Positions 29,601 to 39,054 of a DNA stretch of 64,000 bases are shown in pieces. Position numbers and translations under genes: made by a program. This DNA is from a bacterium (GTDB taxonomy: Bacteria > Patescibacteriota > Minisyncoccia > Phycocordibacterales > JAKAEA01): contig JAJYGQ010000017.1 of assembly GCA_021785065.1 (NCBI GenBank), positions 925-64,924 on the forward strand. Reading direction: 5' to 3'. The notes under the pieces were generated by a model, which was not told where the DNA came from, did no database searches, and saw only the letters and a program-made list of their open reading frames with translations. How positions within the stretch are numbered: the first letter of the stretch is position 1; each line of letters opens with the position of its first letter.

Positions 29601-31316
29601 TCTATTCCGTTAAGTCGCCAAGAAGAAGATATTTATCAAGTTCTTCTTGAAGAAGACGAACTCACGCCCACACAAAAACTTCAGATTCTTCGACAATTTC
29701 TTCTCAATCATCGCTTGCTAGACATCACCCCCGGTGTGCCAGAAGCAAAAATTGAAAAAACACAAGCAGAAATATCTAAAGCGTTCGAAACAAATAATAA
29801 AGTAATTTTGTTTGTGAATGATTATATTGAGGGTGTATTGAGGGGCGAAAATTCTGTCTTAAGTCAGCTTGCTCTGCCTCCGGGTGTAATAGTGCGAGCC
29901 ATTCATGGCAACACTTCTCCAGAAGAACGTCAGTCTATTCAAGAAGAACTCAACAATTCGTCCCAAAGACTGCTTTTGGCAGTAAGTGGTAATACTGCTG
30001 ATGTGGGAGTTGATTATTCAGGCGCTGAAAGAGTTTTCTTTTATAATGAACCGTGGACAAAAGCAGCCTATGAGCAACAGCTTGCACGTGTATATCGGCC
30101 GGGCGTCACTAAAGATATTCAAGCTGACATTTTTGTTACAGAAGGCACGCTTGAACAAGGTATACATCACTACGTTGAAGTAAAAAATAAAGCAATAGAA
30201 AAGTTGCTTAAAGGCATTCCTATTACCGAGCTGGAAGCAGAGCTGCTGAAAGCTAGTGAAAGAGGTGATAATACAGATCTGGATGTTAATCCTGAATTGG
30301 CCCAGTATTATTTTTCTTCTTTTGATAAGCTCAATAGGATTTTTGCCTCAGTGAAGGAAATAGGTGAAAAGAATTTTACGGAATTCCTGCAGCGACATGG
30401 TGAAGAGTATGCGGAATGCTACCTTAACCTGGGTAGCCGAAGTTATCAGTCGAACGCAAGTCGAGTATCCGCAACAGTCATCAGTGCTCTTGGGCGACAA
30501 GATGGAATTGAAAATCCTAAAATTCTGGATATTGCCTCAGGTCCTGAAATGCTCAAGAAACATTCGGGCGAAGGTTTACAGAAAAACATAACGAGTCTGG
30601 ACATTAATCCCGCACACTTCAAAGATTCAGAGGAAGGCACGACGGTAGTGGGCAGTTTTACTAAAATGCCTTTTCCGGATGGTAGTTTTGATTATACAAA
30701 CCTGTCTTTGGCATTACAATATACAAAGTTTGTACCCAGTCGAGGTGAATATGAACGTATCCGGGTTCTCAAGGAGGCGGCCAGGGTGTTAAAAACGGGT
30801 GGCAAACTGGTTCTAAACATGCCGTACTCGTTAGACTTTAAGAATTATCAAAAATTTAAAGAATTTAGTGAATTATTTGGTTTACGAGTCGTGGACGAAT
30901 ATTCAGATGAAGTACAGGTAGGTAATTCCTATCATTCTCGTGTAATAACTCTTCAGAAAGTCGAAGGCATTGATCAGAGTATTGACGAAATCATCAGGAA
31001 TATGTTTCGTGAAGACTGGGATGGTCTTAAACTTGTTCCGAAAGAAGCGCGTCTTAAGGATTCTCGTAAAATTATCTCTCAATTTAAGATAAGTAATAAA
31101 CAGCTCGATATTTCTTTTAACGAACAGGACAAAAAAATTATTGCTGAAGAAAGAGATGCTCTTGAGAAGGCTGCCGACCTCAAAGAAAAATATGGGGCAA
31201 TAGATCGCATTGATGGAGGGCAGATTCAGGAACATGGTTTTGTCCGGCTTAAGCTGGACAAGAAATACATTCTATTTAAGAAACTTTCTGATGGTAGCGT
31301 AGTGATTGTAAAATAG
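26685..31316 (+). CDS. Large multidomain protein: about seven HTH-like repeats, an SNF2-family ATPase/helicase (N and C lobes) and a C-terminal class I SAM methyltransferase (Methyltransf_11-like)
   Basis: 1543 aa. Repeats of 70-85 aa (aa ~45-560) share YSP....L......P..W......LA..L.VS..TV..LI..Y...HP. SNF2 motifs are LLIADEMGVGKSASV (I) and MLIVDEVHKLKN (II), with a helicase-C lobe (LLLAVSGNTADVGVDYSGAERVFFYNEPW, QQLARVYRPG). The MTase has ILDIASGPEML (motif I), MPFPDGSFDY (motif II) and VLKTGGKLVLNMPYS (motif III), and no DPPY/NPPY motif. The gene is about 41% GC against about 52% for its neighbours. Confidence 0.75.
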   Translation: MESPEKPSSADNLKDEVSQVEQDKEIDKKSLELSPTSGQLIGKEVIKHEYARADWKNRRELSDTFRTGTDVIDRLVQEYLDLHPEAKSEDIETAKKKETGFVTVYYSPKVQSYLEEKLRVSLPPSNWVPFPILVEKLGISAPTVVKLVNAYSKDFPKIAQTETGTYKEEKGHRRLFYSPLFAELLKKEFDKYPAAPQNWKTQMQMASEEGVDFARLDKFLKEYSMQHSQEEHKGMFRNGRNQVYEHYSPQVAAYIHQELQRYEDTPEGWINRNKLAKRLNVVDATVQRIIDSYLATHPNSKDVKKAKSDRGLVLNVFSPVIQEYVAATLAASLESRNKEKEPEPSAPEDWKMVSDIASELKVSRDIVTKTIKEYFQTHSEEGSKKKYPATTSWKTGSIVTRPVVHYSPAVVDYCRTVIEGLKSNMAQEGWLTVSDLQEVLGISWTTINSLIKKYQTQSTDPQLPKRRRNPRGKMWKYYPPVVVEWLKNEVAKHPRAPKDWKILGELSEQFSVSQDTLRRLVERQAALNPDSVVIKELRNDRGVVCTFYSPETILQLKQSLEQHTKGKSELENKLTGLLANPEKEEGRKFREMLGLFGPSNFLDILYVLHPEFRDLPVDHVKGKLTEYLGNYLLTAIPFSVDALEKNLPSLKQENLRRGLAEVIKGDCLNFYLLEKKQSPLRDDLEIFQLYFDDLTSRTANNQNLDLNQVVAEVREYYQSVTGSWVKPTRIIESLSADRPFPDIYQQINRQEIKDKKRLLIADEMGVGKSASVILAKESLGVKTALAVVPSNVVATWEKYLSDTVGDDGRQLGYFKPGQAPRVLTIRSSDDLMRLNDGYDYILISQERLNDANAEELQKLDYGMLIVDEVHKLKNVRDGKRANHLLNLAEKIEGDDKYLVMLSGTPVPNKVEDVAMLLKLLHPDRFAQEDSKRLVSAILNGSIVNIRSLLIPHMQMKGLAEHVEMPNLTEATISIPLSRQEEDIYQVLLEEDELTPTQKLQILRQFLLNHRLLDITPGVPEAKIEKTQAEISKAFETNNKVILFVNDYIEGVLRGENSVLSQLALPPGVIVRAIHGNTSPEERQSIQEELNNSSQRLLLAVSGNTADVGVDYSGAERVFFYNEPWTKAAYEQQLARVYRPGVTKDIQADIFVTEGTLEQGIHHYVEVKNKAIEKLLKGIPITELEAELLKASERGDNTDLDVNPELAQYYFSSFDKLNRIFASVKEIGEKNFTEFLQRHGEEYAECYLNLGSRSYQSNASRVSATVISALGRQDGIENPKILDIASGPEMLKKHSGEGLQKNITSLDINPAHFKDSEEGTTVVGSFTKMPFPDGSFDYTNLSLALQYTKFVPSRGEYERIRVLKEAARVLKTGGKLVLNMPYSLDFKNYQKFKEFSELFGLRVVDEYSDEVQVGNSYHSRVITLQKVEGIDQSIDEIIRNMFREDWDGLKLVPKEARLKDSRKIISQFKISNKQLDISFNEQDKKIIAEERDALEKAADLKEKYGAIDRIDGGQIQEHGFVRLKLDKKYILFKKLSDGSVVIVK

Positions 31317-31375
31317 ATCGGCTCAGTTTTGTAACTAATGTTTTTTTGTTATAATCTCTCCAATTCCGTTCTAAT

Positions 31376-31420
31376 ACTGTCGTACACGGCCCGCCAACTC
31401 GTGCGTAGCACGAAAGGCGT
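31376..31420 (+). repeat. Direct repeat copy 2 (45 nt), 60 nt downstream of the SNF2-MTase stop and about 170 nt upstream of the next gene
   Basis: actgtcgtacacggcccgccaactcgtgcgtagcacgaaaggcgt. An extended -10 tgttataat lies at about 31347-31355, just upstream. Confidence 0.6.
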
Positions 31421-31592
31421 TTGGTTAGTTAGCGCAGATGTTGAACGTCACACTTATAGCAAGTCTATTTGCATAGTGAAATTAAGTCGTTATTGTAGGA
31501 TTTATTAGGCTATTTTTTCCTATTTGTATAGGTGTTATAAAGTTTCTACGCCACTGTCATTATGAGTGTGTGGGGTAATTTTATTAAGAATT

Positions 31593-31907
31593 ATGTTTAA
31601 AAAAGCCTTATTTTTAATAGCTGTAGCAGGTTTGGTAGCGGGTACTTTTGCTGTACCTGCGGGACATATTTTAGCGTGGGGTTATTATGGTGGTTATCAA
31701 AATTATAATGGCTACCATTACTATAATGGCTACCATTATTACGGCGGCTATTACTATACGCCAATGTATTATACGTATCCATCTTGTTCGTGGAATTGTT
31801 CTTCATCCTACAATCACTACTACAATTACAACTATAACTATAACCACTACTACAACTACAACAATCATTACAATTATAACTACAACTACAATCACACGTA
31901 CTGGTAG
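31593..31907 (+). CDS. Secreted Tyr/Asn-rich low-complexity repeat protein
   Basis: The ATG at 31593 gives the signal peptide MFKKALFLIAVAGLVAGTFAVPAG; the track ORF begins at an upstream GTG at 31566. The mature part is YYGGYQNYNGYHYYNGYHYYGGYYY...NYNYNYNHYYNYNNHYNYNYNYN, encoded by in-frame hexanucleotide-like repeats (tacaac/tataac). The locus is AT-rich. Confidence 0.4.
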   Translation: MFKKALFLIAVAGLVAGTFAVPAGHILAWGYYGGYQNYNGYHYYNGYHYYGGYYYTPMYYTYPSCSWNCSSSYNHYYNYNYNYNHYYNYNNHYNYNYNYNHTYW

Positions 31908-31964
31908 TGTGGTAAAAGTAGTAAAAACTGATAGTAAAAAAATTAAACAGTCTCTAAAAAGTTT

Positions 31965-32660
31965 TTAATCAAGATTTTTTATCGCTGCTTCCATATTGCT
32001 CAGGTTAGCAAACGGCGGATAGACGACGCCGTTGACGATGAGGAAGGGCGGTGTGGTGGTGGCGGGAATAGGGGGAAGCGCGATAAGACTTTGCACGGCT
32101 ACCCAATCGTCATTGTAATTAAAGGAGTAAATGTGAGCGCCGGGATACTGCTGCTTGATGGCTTGCAAAATGTAACCCTGACCGACGCATTGGGCGCAGG
32201 TGCCGGTGGGATAGAAATATAAAATAAATGGACGCGTCGTGCTGTTGGGGATTTTGCAGTGATGGGTGATGGTCTGTTCTAAATTGTAATCTTTAATTTC
32301 CATGAGCGAATAATAGCGCTCGAGGCGGAAGAGATCGGGATTATCGGGGCCGAGCTGGCCTTGTAAAAAGGAGAGTTTACTCTGCAGATCATTGAGGCTA
32401 GCGGCGATGCTTGCAGCAGTCGTGGTGGCTGATGCGCCGGCGCTGGTGGTGGACGCGCAGAGTGAGGCGTTGAGATTGGCGGTCAAGATATCGGTTCGTG
32501 CTTGCAATGCGAGAATTTGGGTGGCAATGGCGTCCTCCTCGTTTTTGACCGCGGCAGTTTTTTGGATATTGATGTAGGTGCTGATGAGCCACGCGCCAGC
32601 AAAAATCACAATAGTGATAATGAGTGCAGCGATATAGAGTTTAATGGGGATACGTTTCAT
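31965..32660 (-). CDS. Membrane-anchored thioredoxin-fold protein with a CxxC motif (DsbA-like)
   Basis: N-terminal TM helix, a coiled-coil-like segment, then ILYFYPTGTCAQCVGQ with a CAQC active-site-like motif and downstream cis-Pro-like features. Confidence 0.45.
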   Translation of the reverse strand: MKRIPIKLYIAALIITIVIFAGAWLISTYINIQKTAAVKNEEDAIATQILALQARTDILTANLNASLCASTTSAGASATTTAASIAASLNDLQSKLSFLQGQLGPDNPDLFRLERYYSLMEIKDYNLEQTITHHCKIPNSTTRPFILYFYPTGTCAQCVGQGYILQAIKQQYPGAHIYSFNYNDDWVAVQSLIALPPIPATTTPPFLIVNGVVYPPFANLSNMEAAIKNLD

Positions 32661-32681
32661 TTCGTGCTGTGTGCATGCTAG

Positions 32682-34034
32682 CTAGAGCGCGGTGCGAGAG
32701 GTGGATGGGGCCACGGCTCGCTCACGTTGCCAGCTGGGGGTGCGAGAGCGAGCGGCGTTGTAGACAGATTTTATGAGCCAAAACGGTGCCATAAGGGGAA
32801 AGGTGAAAAAGTATAGGAAGATCGAAGGCGAGAAGCGCGAACGCTCACCGGAAAGAGCGTGCGCCTCAATGACGATGCCAATCATAAGTGCATAAATTAA
32901 AACAGTGAGGAGGAGATATGCGGGAGTGCTGACAAAAAACCAATTCCAGTGCCACGGAGAAAAGGTGAAGCCAATTGTTTCTAGACGCACTGACCACTGC
33001 CACACCATAACGCCGAAACGATAGAGTAATAGTGCGACAGAAATAACCGCGCTCAAGATGAGTGCCAAGCCAAGCGGCGCGGTAAACATCGCCATGTTGC
33101 CATAGCGCGGGCGCAATAAAATCCAGTGATAGTCGCGCAAATTCATGAGGAAACCCGAGGTCCAGCGAACGCGCTGCTTGTATAATTTCTTCACTGTGTC
33201 GGGGCCGGTGGTGTATACAACGGCGTCGTGAGCGTTTTCAATGTGCAGGTGTTTCGACTGAATGCGGAAGGCCATCTCCATATCCTCGGTATTGTGCGCG
33301 TGACGAAAGAGGCCGATGTGGGTAAAAAGGTCGCGGCGAAAAAGGGAAAACGGCCCAGGCGTCACGTAAATAGCGCCAATGAGCGACTGCACTTTTCGGA
33401 TAAAAATACCGATAAGATATTCAACGCGCTGCACAACCTGAGCGAACGTGCGTGGACGATAAATCTTCATAGCCGGTGTGACCGCGGCGGTCATATGTGG
33501 GCGGGTGCCTAAAGACGTTTGCCAATCGCCAAAATAGGGAATCATTCGCTTGAGCGCATTTGGTTCAACAAATGAATCAGCGTCGAGGCAGCCGATGATG
33601 TCGGTGGTGGTGTGTTGGATGGCGTAATTGAGAGCGGTGTATTTGCCGCCATTTTCTTTTCGGTGAGCGGCGACGATGCCGGGGTAACGTTCTTGATATT
33701 TTTGAATTACCTGCCAGGTGTTGTCTTGTGAACCATCATCGATAACGCTCACGCGTAATTTTCCGGCAGGGTATTCTAGTCGCAAGAGCGATTCAATAGT
33801 TTTACCAACAGTCGCTTCTTCGTTGTAACAGGGCACGGCGATAGTAACTGACGGGTAGCTGCGTTCGTCTGCAGCAGCATGCGCGCGAGTGCGCGCCCGG
33901 ATTTTTCGGCGATTGACGAGATACGTGCCCAAAATAAACGTTTGAAAATAAAGGCCGACAAAGAGAAACACATAAAGAATAACGGTCTGCACGGTGTTCA
34001 TAAAGGTGCTTTTTAGTATAGCAAAATAAGGCAT
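32682..34034 (-). CDS. Membrane glycosyltransferase family 2, processive type (cellulose, chitin or hyaluronan synthase-like)
   Basis: TIAVPCYNEE, VSVIDDGSQDNT (DxD), GCLDADSF and the QRVRW motif (QRVRWTSGF), plus multiple TM helices at both ends. 450 aa. Confidence 0.8.
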   Translation of the reverse strand: MPYFAILKSTFMNTVQTVILYVFLFVGLYFQTFILGTYLVNRRKIRARTRAHAAADERSYPSVTIAVPCYNEEATVGKTIESLLRLEYPAGKLRVSVIDDGSQDNTWQVIQKYQERYPGIVAAHRKENGGKYTALNYAIQHTTTDIIGCLDADSFVEPNALKRMIPYFGDWQTSLGTRPHMTAAVTPAMKIYRPRTFAQVVQRVEYLIGIFIRKVQSLIGAIYVTPGPFSLFRRDLFTHIGLFRHAHNTEDMEMAFRIQSKHLHIENAHDAVVYTTGPDTVKKLYKQRVRWTSGFLMNLRDYHWILLRPRYGNMAMFTAPLGLALILSAVISVALLLYRFGVMVWQWSVRLETIGFTFSPWHWNWFFVSTPAYLLLTVLIYALMIGIVIEAHALSGERSRFSPSIFLYFFTFPLMAPFWLIKSVYNAARSRTPSWQRERAVAPSTSRTAL

Positions 34035-34057
34035 TTTGGGCTATAATCAGCCGTACT

Positions 34058-35197
34058 ATGAAAAATATCGTTATTAATGACCCGGAGGAACAGGCACTTA
34101 TTGCGGCATTGGAAAAACGCAGCGATGTGAAGGCTGAGAGAATCAAGCGACTGCTCCGTCTTCCTGATTTGACCAAAAAAGAACATTCGCCAGTAAAAAT
34201 TTTGTTTGATCAAATCAAAGCGTTACCGCGATTTAAAGATTTTGATCTAGTAGATTTTCCAAGGATTGTGACCGTTGAGCAAAATTTTGATCTTTTGAAT
34301 GCGCCGGCGGATCATCCAAGTCGGCGAGAAACGGATACGTATTATGTTGATCAAAATCATGTGTTGCGAACGCAAGCGACGGTGATGTGGTCATTTTATT
34401 TGAAAGATAAGGAAATTCTTGAGAAGTTGGAAAGGGAAGGCGAAATAAAAGCTCTCTCAACTGGTATTGTGTTTCGAAAAGATGAAATTGACCGAAATCA
34501 CTATCCAGCATTTCATCAAATAGACGGCCTCTATGTGTGCAAGCGATCGAAAAAAACCATTACCCAAAAAGATTTAGAGGATGTGCAGGTTGATTTAGCA
34601 AAAAGTATTTTCGGCACCGATATCGAATATCAATTTTTGACGGACACCTTTCCCTTTACTGATCCGTCCGTTGAAATGGATATAAAATTCAACGGCGATT
34701 GGCTTGAGGTCAACGGCGCTGGCTTGGTGCACCCTCAAGTTTTGAGAAATTTTGGACTTGATCCCGAGATGTATAACGGCTGGGCGTTCGGTTTCGGTGA
34801 CCGACTGGCAATGATCAAGATGGGTATTCCCGACATTAGAATTTTATGGTCGGACGACCCACGCATCACGAGTCAATTCAAAGATATCAACAGCACGTTC
34901 AAAGAGGTGAGTAAATATCCGGCGGTGGTCCGCGATATCTCTTTTGTGATTGACGCGAGCATTAGCTTGAATAATTACTATGAAATTGTGCGTGACATTG
35001 CTGGTAATTTAATAGAGGAAGTGCAACTCATTGATACCTTTAAAAATGAGCAGAAATTTGGAGCGGGTAAAGTGTCGTATACATTTCGTATAGTGTACCG
35101 CTCGTTGGAGCGGACGCTTACTAACAGCGAAGTGAACGATATTCACGAGGGAATTAGAAAGAAAACTGAGCAGGAATTCAAGGCGATCTTGCGCTAA
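34058..35197 (+). CDS. pheS: Phenylalanine--tRNA ligase, monomeric type: PheS-like catalytic core fused to a C-terminal FDX-ACB anticodon-binding domain
   Basis: Class II motif 2 is GIVFRKDEIDRNHYPAFHQIDGLYV and motif 3 is GWAFGFGDRLAMIKMGIPDIRILWSDDPR. A further ~105 aa (YPAVVRDISFVID...GKVSYTFRIVYRSLERTLTNSEVNDIHEGI) match the ferredoxin-fold anticodon-binding domain normally found at the PheT C-terminus. Confidence 0.8.
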   Translation: MKNIVINDPEEQALIAALEKRSDVKAERIKRLLRLPDLTKKEHSPVKILFDQIKALPRFKDFDLVDFPRIVTVEQNFDLLNAPADHPSRRETDTYYVDQNHVLRTQATVMWSFYLKDKEILEKLEREGEIKALSTGIVFRKDEIDRNHYPAFHQIDGLYVCKRSKKTITQKDLEDVQVDLAKSIFGTDIEYQFLTDTFPFTDPSVEMDIKFNGDWLEVNGAGLVHPQVLRNFGLDPEMYNGWAFGFGDRLAMIKMGIPDIRILWSDDPRITSQFKDINSTFKEVSKYPAVVRDISFVIDASISLNNYYEIVRDIAGNLIEEVQLIDTFKNEQKFGAGKVSYTFRIVYRSLERTLTNSEVNDIHEGIRKKTEQEFKAILR

Positions 35198-35285
35198 AAT
35201 CTCTGTCTTTTCTAGGTCCTTTGTGCTAGAATATAAGCTATAAAAGCGCTTGCTTCGGCGAGCGCTCGATAATTTCTTAATCTAA

Positions 35286-37992
<2,707 letters not shown>

Positions 37993-38073
37993 TTGACAAT
38001 TATTTTACATATGGTACAATAAGTCCGACAGTTAAAGATCGGGTATTTTAGGAGTTTAATTTTAAAAACTACC

Positions 38074-39012
38074 ATGACTAAAAAATTCATATTTATGGCC
38101 GTTTCTTTGAGCCTTGTAGTGGGTGGTAGTTTCGCTATAGCTTCTCATAAAGTATCTGCAGACGGTTGGTATAATGGTGGAAACTATAATTGTGGTTGTG
38201 ATAACCCTGTGCCGCCAATAGTATATGCTCCACCGCCTATCTATGTTCCTCCTCCAGTTTATACGCCTATTCCTGTGGCCTATGCTCCTACTCCTGTGTA
38301 TGCTCCACCGCCAACCTATACACCACCTCCAACCTACACACCTCCGCCGACCTACACTCCTCCTCCTGTAGTGTATGCTCCTGCTCCGATATACACACCT
38401 CCGCCAGTAGTGCAGGTTGTGCAAACGGCTCCGCTGCAAGTTGTCTGTCAGGCGATCCCAGCAGTTGCGCCAATTGGTTCAACGATTACGTGGCGAGCGT
38501 ATGTGTCAGGTGGGTATGGGTACTACAATAATAATTACTCGGTGAGTTGGACGGGTACTGATGGTTTGTTAGCAAATTCTAGTACGCTTATTTCTAAGAC
38601 GTACATTACGCCCGGCCAAAAAGTAGCGACCGTCACGGTCTACCAAAATGGTCAGACTGTTACGGCAAGCTGTTCTAGCTATGTAACTGCTATTGCTCCG
38701 GCCGCGCCGATTTATACGACGCCTCCGACAGTGCCTCCGACCGGCAATCGCGTCTACCTCAATCAAGTGCCGTATACGGGTGCGGGTAGCGTTACTCGAG
38801 TTAGTCTCTTCTTGGCCTTCTTGGCGTTCTGGAGTATCTTAGTAGCCTGGATAGTTATGAAGCGTCGTCGGGCTGCGCGATTGGCTGCACTTGGTGTGGA
38901 AAATGCTCCTACTCCTCGCAGCGTGGTAGCGCCACTACAAACTTCTTCGGTGAGAATTTCAAGTGGAAACTTCCTCACCGATCACGTCAACCAGTTACGA
39001 CAAGCTCTATAA
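38074..39012 (+). CDS. Secreted Pro/Thr-rich surface protein with a C-terminal sorting-signal-like segment
   Basis: Signal peptide and PPTYTPPPTYTPPPTYTPPP repeats, then an Ig-like segment. The tail reads NQVPYTGAG followed by the hydrophobic stretch SLFLAFLAFWSILVAWIVM and KRRR, the LPXTG-like architecture, though with about 45 further residues after it. Confidence 0.5.
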   Translation: MTKKFIFMAVSLSLVVGGSFAIASHKVSADGWYNGGNYNCGCDNPVPPIVYAPPPIYVPPPVYTPIPVAYAPTPVYAPPPTYTPPPTYTPPPTYTPPPVVYAPAPIYTPPPVVQVVQTAPLQVVCQAIPAVAPIGSTITWRAYVSGGYGYYNNNYSVSWTGTDGLLANSSTLISKTYITPGQKVATVTVYQNGQTVTASCSSYVTAIAPAAPIYTTPPTVPPTGNRVYLNQVPYTGAGSVTRVSLFLAFLAFWSILVAWIVMKRRRAARLAALGVENAPTPRSVVAPLQTSSVRISSGNFLTDHVNQLRQAL

Positions 39013-39020
39013 AGTAATCT

Positions 39021-39054
39021 AAAAAAACAGACGCCCCGCGGCGTCTGTTTTTTT
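39021..39054. terminator. Bidirectional intrinsic terminator between convergent genes
   Basis: aaaaaaacagacgcc-ccgc-ggcgtctgttttttt is an 8-bp GC-rich stem flanked by A7 and T7. It overlaps the thrS stop. Confidence 0.6.
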
